DNA from: the human T2T-CHM13v2.0 reference genome, Homo sapiens
Direction: 5' to 3' (one strand)
Assembly: GCF_009914755.1 (NCBI RefSeq)
Contig: NC_060930.1
Length of the DNA: 64,000 nucleotides
Shown one piece after another: positions 16,230 through 29,700 of this stretch. The notes beneath the pieces were generated by a model, which did no database searches, was not told the DNA's origin, and saw only the letters and a list, made by a program, of their open reading frames with translations. The translations under genes and the position numbers were made by a program. The stretch's first letter is position 1. Each line of letters starts with the position of its first letter.

Positions 16230-16451
16230 AATCTCCTGGGCTGAATTTTTCCAAGCCAAGCAGGCATCTCACTATCCAGTGAAAGACCCAGGGACTATTT
16301 TGAATGCATTCAATCCAAGCCTGTGCCTTCCACAATCAGTTTTCTCCAAGAATTTATCCCTAATCCTGACAGGATACCCAACCGAAAGGCTAATTATTTT
16401 TAATCACTTAATTAATAGATAATTCTTACAAAGAGCCCAACACCTGAACCC
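16230..16451 (+). repeat. Direct repeat, copy 2 (pairs with 14683-14893)
   Basis: Shares blocks agccaagcaggca, tgaaagacccag, aatccaagcctgtgcctt, tgacaggatacccaac, tcacttaattaat and aacacctgaaccc. Confidence 0.93.
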
Positions 16452-17277
16452 ACCAAGTCCTCTTTGCATGGGCAAATCCAGCTGGTTTGATGCACTAATT
16501 TCACTAAATGAAAATTTGGACAAATTGTATGTTACTGCCAATAATGGTAAATGTATCCAATTCAAAAATAGTAATAAAAAAGTTATTTTTTTGTTCCCTT
16601 TTTAATCACAGAGGCAGCTGTGGTAGGCCCCAAATGCACAGGGCATATGGCTCACCTCACCACCCCAGATGGTGCTACTGGCCCAGCCTTCCCAGCGTCC
16701 ACCCTGGCAGTCTTTCCTCATTCCCTTGGCCCTCACCCTGTCTCCTCAGCCTTCCAGCTGCACTGCTATTGTAGGCTGCTCTTTCTCCACAATCTCCTCT
16801 TATTTTCTGTGATGTCTCAGGATGTTTCTTCTCCTCAGGGGTTTTTCAAGCTTCTTCCACACTCAGGTGCTCAGACCTTTTTATGGTCTGGCTTCTGAAG
16901 GAGATCAAAATTCATATGGACAAGCATTTGTGTATTAGCCAAGAGTTGCTAATGCATTTCTTGATTATAAGTCTCAGAGAAATGGGATGAAAGATCTTAG
17001 ATTTTTATACACTCTGGTTCAATGGTTTCTCAGCTTTTCTGATCTGAAAAGAATAAAGGACACCTTTTAGCTAAGCACTTTCTGTTTTATTTCTTATAAT
17101 GCCATGTAGTGGCTGTTATTGGCAACACAGCAGTCATTTAATAAACCCTGAATGTCTGTAGCATTTCTTCTCATTCATTTCAGTGAGTGCTGTTCTTTTC
17201 TGTGTTTATTTTTTATTTTTTTTCCATGCAGCATTTCTTGCACCCTCTTATTACTCCTCAGCCTTTGGATTCTAGAT

Positions 17278-17460
17278 CAGTGGTTCTCAAACTGCCTGCA
17301 TCAGAACACCTGAAGGGCTTGTACAACACAGATTGCTGGATCTCATTCCCAGAGTTTATTAATTGTTAGGTCCAGGTGGGCCAGGGAATTTGCATTTCTA
17401 ACATATTCTCAGGTGATTCTGCTGCTGCTGGTCCAGGCACAGCACTTTGGGAAATGCTGC
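17278..17460 (+). mobile_element. MER5A hAT-Charlie MITE
   Basis: cagtggttctcaaact...gcatcagaacacct...tttgcatttctaaca...ctgctggtcca...tttgggaaatgctg, flanked by tctaga. Confidence 0.85.
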
Positions 17461-17469
17461 TCTAGAGAG

Positions 17470-17700
17470 AAGAGAAACTAGAGGTTAAGTGTTTTAGCTT
17501 GAGGGTCAGTTGTAATCCCTGCTTCACTACCTTTCTAGCTGGGTAGTCTCTCAGCTGATAAAGGTCCCCCAAGTTCAGTTTCTTCACTCTTAAAATGAGT
17601 TTATTAAAACATCCCTAGCAGGGTTGTTTAAAGGAAGAAATTATGTAATGTTTATTAAGCCTTTGAAAGAAAAGCGATCATGGTGGGTGTTTTGCTGTTA
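17470..17700 (+). mobile_element. MIR
   Basis: MIR core-like 'tcagtttcttcactcttaaaatga' with typical flanks. Confidence 0.6.
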
Positions 17701-18056
17701 TTACTTTTTATTTCTTCCTGAGGACTCAGTTTTCAGAACTTCTAATTGAATCATAAAGGATCCTTCAAGCATCCAATTTGGTTAAGGAAATTGTGTGTCT
17801 GTTTAGAAAATAAGAAAATGAAATCCTTTTGAGAGGATCTTGACCAGATAGATTCTAAAATCTATCTGGACCTGCTAAACAATAGTCAAGAGAATTTTGA
17901 AAGGAGACACCTCTTTTGATGTGAGTCTTACCACAATCAAAACAGTCACAAGAAATCAAAATATGTTATAAAGTCACAAAAATCACAACAGCATGGTATT
18001 GGCTTAGGAAAATGTAAATCAATTAAATGACCAGAGTAAAAAATTCTATATCACAT

Positions 18057-18809
18057 TGAGAGACAGAACTAGCTGGATTTCCTAGGCTGACTAAGAATTC
18101 TTAAGCCTAGCTGGGGAAGGTGACCGCACCACACCTACCTTTAAACACAGGGCTTGTAACTCAGCTCGCACTCCACCAATCAGGTAGGAAAGAGGGCTCA
18201 CTAAAATACTAATTAGGCTAAAAGCAGGAGGTAAAGAAATAGTCAAATCATATATCGCCTGAGAGCACAGGGGGAGGGGCAATGATTAGGATATAAACCC
18301 AGGCATTCTAGCAGGGAGGGGCAACCCCCATTGTATGGGAGTTCTGTTTTCACTCTATTAAATCTTGCAACTGCAGACTCTTCTGGTCTGTGTTTGTTAT
18401 GGCTCGAGCTGAGCTTTCGCTCACTGTCCACCACTGCTGTTTGCCGCTGTCGCACACCCGCCGCTGACTTCCACCCATCCGGATCCAGCAGGATGTCCGC
18501 TGAGCTCCTGATCCAGTGAGGTGCCCATTGCCACTCCAGATCAGGCTAAAGGCTTGCCATTGTTCCTGCACGGCTAAGTGCCCAGGTTTGTCCTAATTGA
18601 GCTGAACACTAGTCGCTGGGTTCCACTGTTCTCTTCCATGACCCATGGCTTCTAATAGGGCTATAACACTCACCGCATGGCCCAAGGTTCCATTCCTCGG
18701 AATCCGTGAGGCCAAGAACCCCAGGTCAGAGAACAAAAGGCTTGCCACTATCTTGGGAGTGGCCCGCCACCATCTTGCGAGCTCTAAGGACAAAGAACCG
18801 CCAGTAACA
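18057..18809 (+). mobile_element. HERV-W solo LTR (LTR17), full length
   Basis: Begins tgagagacagaactagctggatttcctaggctgactaagaat and ends ccagtaaca; 4-bp TSD acat (18053-18056 / 18810-18813); CCAAT at 18176, TATAAA at 18292, ATTAAA at 18357. Confidence 0.95.
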
Positions 18810-18818
18810 ACATGCAGG

Positions 18819-18972
18819 CACACACACATACGCACATACTCATATATATCGATATAGATATAGATATATAGATATAGATATCTATATCTATGTCTATATA
18901 GATATATCGATATATATGAGTATATATAAGTGTGTGTATATGTGTGTGTGTATGTGTGTATATATATATATG
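18819..18972. repeat. Palindromic CA / TA / GATA / TG simple repeat
   Basis: An 88-bp near-perfect palindrome at 18836-18923, flanked by a CA run on the left and a TG run on the right. Confidence 0.9.
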
Positions 18973-18974
18973 AA

Positions 18975-21000
18975 TATTATTTCAAGCTAGTGAGGGAAAT
19001 ACAGAGCGTTAAGTGATATTGGGGCAATTAATTATTGATTTGAAAACAACTTTGATATTTGTCTTATATCACACAAAATCAACTTCTGGATTGGTTTTTA
19101 AAGCTTAAAAAAATCAAAAGAAAATATAATGTAATATTTCTATTATATTGGGGAATAAAAGGAAATAAAGGTAAAAATGTTAGATTTGAAGTGACAGAAA
19201 TTTGAAATTTCTGTATGAAAAAGGTGTTTATTATGGATAAAGTTGAAAGACAAAATAGACTGGAAGAAAATATTTCAACCAGATTATGGAAAAGGATTAA
19301 TACCTGGATAATAAAACTACCTTATCAAAGCAACAAAATACATACAATACAATAAAAATACAAGTAAAGCATATCAATAGCCAATGCAGAAGAAAAGGAA
19401 GAGGAAGAGGAAGAAGAGGAAGAAATAATAATAATATTAATAGAAATGCCAGATAAAGATTGGTAAGATTTAGCACTGTTAAGGTTATGAAAACCCTGTC
19501 ACTATCATTCAGTGTTCCTGGAAATGTAAATTTATCCAGCTTTTTGATGAGAAAACTTAAAGTGCACATATGCTTTGAAACATACAGTCCACTTCTAGAA
19601 ATATATGCAATAGAAGGATTTTTATGTAGGCACAATAATATATTCACAGGAATTCTTGAGGCATTTCTATTAATACTAAAAAATTAAAAACAATCTAAGT
19701 GTGCATTAACAGGAAAATAGTTAATTATATTATGGTACATCTACACTATGGGATACACATGTAAAAGGCAGGACTTGAAATTACAGCAAAATGAAAATCA
19801 GATATCATGAGACCCTTTGCTAGATAAAATATAACTATCCACTGAAAGGCATAATTGAACTTGGAAGAAAGTAGGAAATTTTCACAGGGGCCAAAAAGAT
19901 GAATTAGAAAACCAGAATGTTAAGCAAGCCCAGAATGTTCTGAAGACATTTGTTTAGAGTGGAATTTGGAGATAGTGAATAGGTGACAAATTCTTGGGCC
20001 TGTGTGGGATGGGGAGCTGGAACTGAGGCTTCAGGATAAAATGATTCATTGTGGTAGATCTTCTGTGAAAGAATGTGCTAAACATCTGCAACTGATAGTT
20101 AAGGAAGATGAAAAAGACACTTGTTTGTCTCAGACTGGCCCTGAGGGGGAAAATTAAATATATGTAAACTTCTTCACATTAATCAGAAAACCCTGATATA
20201 GTCCAACAGATAAATGGGAAAAAATACACGCAATTTTCAGAAGAGGAAACATGAATAGCCAATAAGTATACAGAAGAGGCTTAAATCCCCTAGTGATTAG
20301 GAAATTGCAATGTAAAATCAAAATGAAATATCCATCAGATTGGCAAACCATTACAGGTCAGAGGATACCTATTATTAGAGTATCAGAACTTATGGTGGGA
20401 GAATACAATGGAACAACTACCTTGCACAATAATATGGCAATAACTAGAAAATTAAAGATACAATATCCTATGAATCATCAATCTATTTCTACATTCATAC
20501 CTTAGAGAAACTCCTATACAAGCACACAATGATGAATTTACAAGAATAATAATAGCATTTGTAATAGCAAAAAATTATAAACAACCAAAGTATTCAACAA
20601 GAAAATAATGTATAAATTATGATAAATCAAATAGTAGATGACATATTGCAGTGAAAATTAGGAAACTAGAGGACCCAGATTATCCTTACAAAATAATTTT
20701 GAGTGAAAAATTTAAGTTGTAGAGAAATACATACACTTTGGTACTGGATAGGGATAAAGTTTAAAAACATGCAAAATAATACTGAATTCAGCTCAGAAGT
20801 ATATACATTTCTATTTGTAGGAAAAAGTAGAAATGGATGGGTTTGATAGATGCATTTATAAAAATTATTGTCTTGGGTGGGGCCATGGGAAGGTCAGGTT
20901 GTTGTGGGATACACAAAGTGGAACAAAATTTAGTGACTGGTGATAGGTAAGAATGTAATAAATGTTGACACATTTCAGAATATTTTCAATCTTTCCAAAT
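18975..21000 (+). mobile_element. Ancient L1M (L1ME-like) ORF2 end and 3' UTR fragments, approximate
   Basis: A-rich sequence with L1 motifs ('ttatattatggtacatctacactatggga', 'atgcaatgtaaaatcaaaatgaaatatc'-like); the upstream piece at ~17950-18050 is split off by LTR17. Confidence 0.6.
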
Positions 21001-21223
21001 GACAATTATGTAGATTACACATCAACCTGGAGAAAAATTTTGATGCAATTAATGAAAACAATACAAACTAGAGATATGTATATTACGCTACATTAAAAAA
21101 TGCAGGCGCATGGAGATGAAGGTTGAAAGGTATCGAGCAAAAATGGAAATAATTCTGTTAGAGTAGTCTGATTAATAAAAATTATCTTTAATTTTGATAT
21201 ATCATATTTTCAACTCTTAATCT

Positions 21224-21383
21224 TTTTTTAGATTTCCTTAAGAATCCGATAAAAAGACTTCCAAACACTGTAACTATTAATCTGATAACTCAATCAAAAT
21301 CAAAATAATCTATCATTCAGAACTTTTACAGCTCAGAGCCACTAAAATATGCAAAAGGTCTGAAGGAGCTAACTGAAGCACCT
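21224..21383 (+). repeat. Inverted repeat IR1, left arm
   Basis: Reverse complement of 21688-21853; 39-bp perfect core at 21313-21351. Confidence 0.95.
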
Positions 21384-21687
21384 GTAATTTTTGTTATGGA
21401 TAAAGTATATATGGCAGATTGTATTATTTAAGCAACTTTTATATCAATTTGAAATTTAAAAATGAAATGCTAAAATATTCATGTGTAAAAAGTAAATACA
21501 GAGTAAAGATTCTAAAAAATAAGAGCAGTGAGAATTATTGAAATGTATATTAAAACATATTTTAAAGCTTCTGTCATCAAAAGAATATGATACTGGAGGC
21601 AAATAACTAGACTTGATGCTTGCTACTCAGTTGGGAACAAAGGAATCAGGAGCTATACCCAACCATTTGGTGAGACTACTGGTCTCA

Positions 21688-21853
21688 AGGTGGTTCAAGT
21701 TAGTTGCTTCAGACCTTTCACATATTTCACATATTTTAGTGGCTCTGAGCTGTAAAAGTTCTGAATGACAGTTTATTCAGATTTTGACTGAGTTATCACA
21801 TTAATACTTACAGTCTTTGGATTTTTTTTTTATTCTTACGTGAATCTAAAAAA
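21688..21853 (-). repeat. Inverted repeat IR1, right arm
   Basis: Core at 21730-21768; carries an extra 9-bp tandem duplication (tttcacata x2). Confidence 0.95.
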
Positions 21854-22284
21854 TGGCTAAAAATCACTTGGCATTAACAAGGCTACAGAAGCTCTGCCAC
21901 AGCTCCCTAAGTCCTGGATATCCCCACCACTGTGCTTTCCCAAGTGGTCATTGCTTCAGGCTGCCCTTTCCACATGCAGTTCTCATTCGAATGCATCTAG
22001 TTGGCATAACCTGGGCCACATTGCCCACTTACTAGGGAGAAGAAAGTGTAAGAAATTTAGAATTTATAAATCTACCTTGGGAGGGTGGGACATACAATAT
22101 ACAAAACTACCAAGATATTGAGGAGATGTTTAAATTTGCTGGTCAATCAAGAATATAGATGGCCATCTAATTCCTGACTCAGGAAATGACTATTCTTATA
22201 AAGGTGTCCACAAAGGGACACCAAGGCTTGGACAGAAAGATGGCATAGAATTGAATGAAGAGAAAAGTCCAGAGAAACTAGACT

Positions 22285-22475
22285 AAGGGGTCTCAAACTT
22301 GAATGTGCATTGGAATCACGCAGAGGGTTTGTTGAAGCACAGATTGTTTGGCCCCAGCTCCTTGCAGTTTCTGATGCAGGAGTCCTGGGGTGGGACAGAA
22401 GATTCTACAGTTCTCATAGAGTCCCAGGTACTCTTGATAATGACAATCCTAGGCTCACATCCTGAGAATCACTGA
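22285..22475 (+). mobile_element. MER5-family MITE
   Basis: ggggtctcaaacttgaatgtgcattggaatcac ... tgagaatcactg. Confidence 0.75.
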
Positions 22476-22699
22476 ACTACTTAGACCATACATATTTCCT
22501 TCTGTAATAGCTGGTTTTCACAAATTCACAAATTCGAGTTTTCACAAGTTCAGTCTTAATGTCAGATTGAAAGTTGGTAGCAAAAGTACAGTATAAATTA
22601 TTAGTAATTTTATATTTTTTGAGTAAGTTTACTTAAATTGAAAAACGGAACATACTGGCACATGAATAGATAGACCACTGTAAGTAATAGAAAGTTCAG

Positions 22700-22992
22700 G
22701 GCTGGGCATGGTGGCTCACACCTGTAATCCCAGAACTTTGGGAGGCCGAGGCGGCAGATCATGAGGTCAAGAGATTGAGACCATCCTGGCCAACATGGTG
22801 AAACCTCGTCTCTACTAAAAATACAAAAATTAGCTGGGCGTGGTGGTGTGTGCCTGTAATCCCAGCTACCAGGGAGGCTGAGGCAGGAGAATCGCTTGAA
22901 CCAGGGAGCCGCTTGGAGTGCAGTGAGCTGAGATTGTGCCACTGCACTCCAGCCTGGCGACAGAGCAAGACTCTGTCTCAAAAAAAAAAAAA
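22700..22992 (+). mobile_element. AluSc
   Basis: Diagnostic 'gatcatgaggtcaagagattgagaccatcctggcc' and 'gcctggcgacag'; poly(A); diverged TSD. Confidence 0.93.
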
Positions 22993-22999
22993 GATAGTA

Positions 23000-24110
23000 A
23001 CTTCAGAAACAGAGACAGTATATACAGAAAACAGTATATACATAAATTAACTATAGAAAGTAAATATAAATTTGTACATTAAATTACTGTGAACAGGACA
23101 GATAAAACGGTTTTGGAAAAACTGGATAATTTTGGAAAAAATAGAGTCCATATTCATAGTATACATTTAAATAAACTCCAAATAGATCATCAGTTTTAAT
23201 GAACTCATGACTTTAATAGATTCTCTTTCCTATCTCTGTCCACTGAAAGGGCCAAGATGCAGTGACACGTTGCAAACAAGGTTATATTAGTTTCCAAATA
23301 CTATTCCCACCAAAAGGGCAGGACTCCCTGGAGTAATACATGATTCCAGGTCTTGCATTAGGTAAACATGAAACATCTTGTGCCAGAAAGCAAGGAATTG
23401 CTGAAAGAGTGATGGGAAGATGTCAAAAGAACATAGGAATGACCACCTGACTGGCTAAATTTGAGACAATGTGAAAATAAAAAAAAGACAATGATAGATT
23501 ATAGAACATTGAATATCCAGAAAATAATGACAAGGACCCTCAGACTAATCCAGATTGTAGGACATTTCCTAAGACAATTGATCTGAACTCTTCAAAAAAT
23601 GTCAATGTCATGAAACACTGAAATGAACAAAAAGGCAGGACACTGTTTAAGTTAAAGAGGAATAAAGAGACATAAAAACTAAACGGCATGTGTGAACCTT
23701 GATTGGATCTTAGATTACAAAACACAGTTATAAAGGATATCTTTGTAGATAATCAGGAAAATCTGAGTATGGACTGTGTATTAGAAAATATTGTATCAAT
23801 GTTAAATTTCTTGGGTATGATAATGGCATTGCGTTTATTTAAAAGAATGTTCTTGAGATTTTCATGAGATGTAAGTAGTGATGAGGTGTTACAATATCTT
23901 TAACTTATTTTCAAGTGGTTTTTTCATGAAGTGTACATGTCTGTCAAAGAGAGGGATAGGATACCAAGAGATAAAGCAATGTGAGAAAATGTTAACAACT
24001 GGTGCATCTAAGTGAGGATATATGCTGTTCATTGACCTGTTCTTTCAATTTCCTATAGCTTTGCAATTCTTCAAAATAAAAAGTAGAGAATAAAAATAAA
24101 TAATATTAAA
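23000..24110 (+). mobile_element. L1M ORF2 fragment and L1MC-like 3' end
   Basis: 'aaataaactccaaatagat', 'tgtcaatgtcatgaaa', 'tatcaatgttaaatttcttggg', then an AATAAA/A-rich end. Confidence 0.7.
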
Positions 24111-25200
24111 TAATTAAATTACCATTTATATGTAAATAATATTCATAGATCATGCTATTATGTCAAATTCTTTATAAATTAAGGCAAATGTAAGAAATAA
24201 ATGTACGAGTATATAAAGGAATAAATGATGTAAGTAGAAACCATCTGTCTCCTTACTTGGTAGATGAAGACACAGATCCATGAATAAATGATCTCCCCTA
24301 AGGTCACCCTCTAATATGTGTAAGATTCCATTTCTGGGAGCTTTATATGGCAACTGAACATCAAATATGGTCCTTTGAATACTTGAAATTTTCTTTCCAG
24401 TTTGTTGGTTTGAAGAAGCACATTGTGTTACACCTTATCAAAGAGAACAGACCTTTTGAGGATTTTGTTTTTCTTTTTGTAGCTGCTATTTTTATCTCAC
24501 ATTTCAGTAGGGATTGAAATATCAGTAGGGATGCTTTCTGTTTCTCAACCCAATTCTTTATAGAGTGGTTCTTAACCCATTTCTTCATAGGTGGTTGGAA
24601 GTCCATTAGATCTGTGGAATAAAGTAATAGAGATGCTGAAACGAACAATAAAGCCAGGATGTTAAAATAGATTCTAGTCAAAACTTAATATTCTGAAAAT
24701 GTACATGGTCCTCTGTTCCTCTGAGTTAAGCAAGGATTCACTTTCCAACCATGGATTGTCACGGATCATGATGTCATACATCATTATCACTACCACCTGC
24801 CTGGACAAGGAAACTGTGTGACACCACTGATTGTTCCAGCAGTGCAGTTGGAGTGCTGGCTCCATTTCTTGCTCTGCTTCTTACTGGCAGCGTGACTTGG
24901 AGCAAGTTACTTAGCCTCTCTAGTCTCAGTTTCTTCCAGGGAAACTGAATGGAAATAACAGTATCTAATTGATAGATTTGTTGAGAAGATTAAATGAGAA
25001 TGGTCATAGCACAGGGCCTTGTATATAGTAAACATGTAGTTTTTTTTTATTAAGCTCTATATTATTAATTAGATATTTCTCAAAAGACTAGAAAAAATTT
25101 AAATGGTTTCTGTTTTACAGATCTCTCTGACCTTTCTATTTTCACATTTACATATTATGATGACTTAACTAGAAATTGTCGCCCATAAAAACTAGAAACT

Positions 25201-25491
25201 TTTAATTTAATTAATTTATTTATTTAGAGGTGGAGTCTCACTCTGTCACCCAGGCTGGAGTGCAGTGGCATGATCTCGGCTAAAGCCCTGGTTCAAGCAA
25301 TTTCCCTGCCTCAGCCTCCCAAGTAGCTGGGATTACAGGAGCCCGCCACTGCACCCGGCTAATTTTTTTGTATTTTTAGTAGAGACGGGTCTTGTTGGCC
25401 AGACTGGTCTTGAACTCCTGACCTCAGGCAATCTGCCCACCTCGGCCTCCCAAAGTGCTGGGATTATAGGCATGAGCCACTGCGCCCTGCT
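25201..25491 (-). mobile_element. AluS with two small internal deletions
   Basis: (ttta)n tail and Alu body in antisense; gaaact TSD remnant. Confidence 0.93.
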
Positions 25492-26422
25492 GAAACTATA
25501 TTTTTGACATGAAAATACATTTAACAAAATAATTTCTGTCTGCCATGCTTCCAGAATTTTTATTTTGGTCATGTGCAATTGTTTAATATATGTTTCTTCT
25601 TATATATAGATAGAATCTATTAAAGTCATGAGTTCATTGAAATAGATGATCCATTTGGAGTTTATTATAATGCATGCTATGAATATGGACTCTTTCCAAA
25701 ATTATCCGGTTGTTCCAATGCCATTTTGTCTATTTTGTTCACACTAATTTAATATACAAATTATTATATACTTTCTATATTTACTTGAATCTAATTTCTG
25801 TATAAAATATATAGGAAATATTACTGTGATATATAAGCCAAAGTTAGGGATTTTTTTCAGACTTTTATATGGAAACTGGTGCTAGTAATGCTTTTATTCT
25901 CACATTTTTTTCTGTGGAGTAATTTCATACTTGATTGGCTTTTACAATATGTTTAAGGATTTGGAGTTAAACATGGACATTCAGCAATGAAGATTTAGGG
26001 TTCAACAAGAATCACTATTAATCTGACTTCTTCCCATTTCTTTACTTCATATAAAATCAAACTGCCGTTGGCTAATTTGCTCATTCTTCTCTAAGTATTT
26101 GTCAAGTGGCTGCTATGTTCAGTGTTAAGGGGAAAAATGTAAGGAACAGTACCTCTTCTCTAGGAACAACCGATATAATTAGAAATATAAATTATACACA
26201 TAAACATGTATATAAGAATGGATGATAATATATAAATGGCCAAAATGAGTGGTGTAGGTGGGTGAAGGTCAAAAGAGCCAGAAATGGTCAGGAAGAGACC
26301 CCCTTGGGCTTGTGTTAAATGAGTTACTTTTTAAAGAATGAGCAATAATTATCTGGAAAAGAAGGGAGAAGTATTTCTATGTGAGGGGAACTGCATGATC
26401 AAAGACTTAAAATGGAGACTTA

Positions 26423-26739
<317 letters not shown>

Positions 26740-29700
26740 TTAGCTCAACATGTTGTCAAAATAATGAAATAATAAGCAATCTAGAGTGTAGGAAAGGTTT
26801 TTGGAGAAATCAGAGATAGGTAGTGGAGAGAGATATTGCAGAGCATCTTAGCTAGAGAAATCATGTATTTTGCCCCGGAGGAAACAGAAAGCTTTAGAGG
26901 ATATTCAGCAGTGGGATAACTTGATGAAATAATATTTTATGGAAATTTAAAATGTGTTGGTATAATTAAAAGGATGGAGCAAAAGAAGCTGGGAGCAGAG
27001 AAAAATGATAAAAATATGCTCTGCATTTAGTTTTCCCAAGGAAGATGATGCTGGACATGTTGCATTTACCAGAATAGTAGAACACACACACGGGAATTCA
27101 GGGCTGCAGATAGAGCCTGAGTTATTATTCAGAGGTTAAGCTGTCTGATATAACCATTTCAGTGGGCCCAAATGCCAGACATAGTTTTGTGAAGGATCAT
27201 AGCATCATCTGTTTTGCCTAATGACTCTAGATTGGAAAACATTTGATAAGGCATTAAATGTGCTGCCTAAGTAACTTAAAGGGGTTCATGTTCAATGTCC
27301 TTGCAACATGCTATTTTTAACGTTTGGAATGAATATTATGGGAACTTATGATCATAAAGAATATTCTAGATTCAAATGGAAAGACCACAGAAGCTCTTTA
27401 TTTGTGACAGGTGGATTAATTAGGAAGTCAATGGGGGAAAATAGTGAAAGCAGAAGGTTTGGTGGAGAGTCATGTGAGCTTTTGTGGGTAAACTTTGATT
27501 ATATCAAAGTTAGTATAGGAGAGGGAGTGGATTATAAAGGAGCTTGACTTTTTGAAGGCCAACTATGCATTAAATGTAATGTCCTGAAATCCAAGTTTAG
27601 GGCTGCACATTCTTGGATCCAGGTGAAGACTGAGCAAGGCTGGTTCACCAAGTTTATTGCAGCTGTGAACAGGCATGGATCAGTGGCTTAGTCAAAAGCA
27701 AATGATCACCCACAGGGGCACATGGAAATGGGGACATAAAGGGAAGGGCGACTCTTCTCAGTTGTCTGGGGAAAGAGGGATATGATTGCCACCTGATTTG
27801 GTAGCCAACCTGACCCATTTAGTATACTTGTGACAGCCTGGACAGTGAATCTTAACACAGTCCTGGTCAGAATACTCACTGGACCTCTGGGGAAGTGCCA
27901 AAGAAGATACTCTTAGTCTTCAGCGGCTTCTTGATCCTTACACCATTTGAAGTCTGAGATGGAGATCTGAGCATAACAGCTTCTCCCTAGCCTTCATATT
28001 CCTACCTTCTTACCTGTGATCCTTTAAGGCATCCTTTTCTCTTGGGTGACAGTACTACGTTGCCCTTGGGAGAGGGCAGGGGAGGGCCTTATTTTTCAAC
28101 AGTTCTGTTTGGGCATTGGTCCACAACGTTTTCTTGGCTTAACTTACATGTGTTACTGTGCTCGGTGCTTTATATACATTTCAAAACTGCTAGGGAATTA
28201 CAATGTGAAACACCTTGTAATTTCAATTAGAATCTTGAAGCCCACTGGGGATTTGGCTGACAGTTGGGGAACAAACATTTACAGTGGGTCTAGGGAAAGA
28301 ATAATATTTGAGGAATTTGGTGATAGCTAGGTCATTTTCTTTGCCTTAAACTACTTAAAATAAAATGGTTTATGTGTGGACTTTTCTTGGAGGTGCCAAA
28401 TATGAAGATAAGCTCCAAGGAGTGATTTTCTAATGAATAGGAAGTCTTTCCATAAACAACCTATCTCAATGGAAATATTGTCCTTGTTGAGAGAGAAACT
28501 GAGGAGAACTTATGTCTCAGTGTAAAAGTCATGGTGATTTTTCTTTTGGTAATTTGTTTCCTGGCCTGAGAAAATATTTGCATATAAATATATAAGGAAA
28601 ATTATAGAAATGGAGCTAAAATGTATTTTCTCTGAGTACTTGTTAATATAATACTATTGAAATGCAAAGATCTGGTTGTCTGAATACAATACTAAAGTAT
28701 TCCTAGACCCCCCACCTCAAAACTGGTCAATACTTATTAAAACATATATTTAGGCTGAAGGGCAAAGAAGAGAAACAAGTATCAATAGAATGGACTTCTC
28801 ATTGTTTCCAAGTGTGTGCATGTGTGTGCTTTCTCTGGAGATACTCTTCCTCCTTAAGAAGAAATGTTATACTTATTCCTCAGAGGCTTATTCTAAGGGA
28901 ATGATGAAAGCAAATGGGAACATTTATGTGTGGTTTGAATTGTTAATTTTTTAAATATTTGCATCCCTGCCTATGGGTTCCAGAAGAAAACAGAATGAGC
29001 GTGTTTAAAGAAATGAATAAATTAGAATCGAAGAATTTAGATGACTTAATCTTATTAAAAATTCAGGATATAGGATAAATTGTAAGCAGAACATGGATGA
29101 TTTAATTTTTGTTGTCTACAATGGGAGAATATTTCATTCCCTGATCTTGCTGTCTTAGAAGGATACTAAATGCAGTGTAGAGCTTTTGGGAAGCAGCTTC
29201 GAACCTGGATATCCCACTCACTTGCCAATATTTTATGACCAAGCAGATGTGTACGCAAATCACACCTGTTCTAGTCCCAGAAGCTCTGCTTCAGTCAATC
29301 ACTTTAAAATAACTTCTGTCTCTAAGATACAAAATGTACTAAAGAATCTTGAAGGCTGGACAATGAAGGTGTCAGCAGCTCCCCGAACAAGGGCACGGCT
29401 GAAACATATGGTCACATTTTCCATGCTTTCATGGGAGTCCAGGGAGCACTCAATGACAAATCAATGAAAACTTCTCACGGACGAGAAAGTGAGAAGCCCA
29501 GAGAATGTGTTGGGAGAGCAATAAGGCACATCTTGCTCTGTGGATGCTTTTCTTTTGCTGCTCTGTTCAGAAAAATCTTGAAGTAGTAATGGCCTTTGGC
29601 GATATAGTAACAGCAGGTAAATCTTATTTTGAAGTCAAAATTGTTCTCTGAGAAGGTGAAAGGTGAAATACTTGGCATTAACTGTTTTGATTGCTTTTAA

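Noticed and set aside
16611-16867. Candidate + strand exon (polypyrimidine-cacag acceptor), and similar acceptors near 2944, 15567, 43224, 51772 and 63196
   Set aside because: Donors are weak or missing and no consistent reading frame links them; lncRNA exons cannot be supported without transcript data.
27590-27950. Possible ancient LTR on the minus strand (tttatt near the left end)
   Set aside because: Too diverged to assign a family or boundaries by eye.
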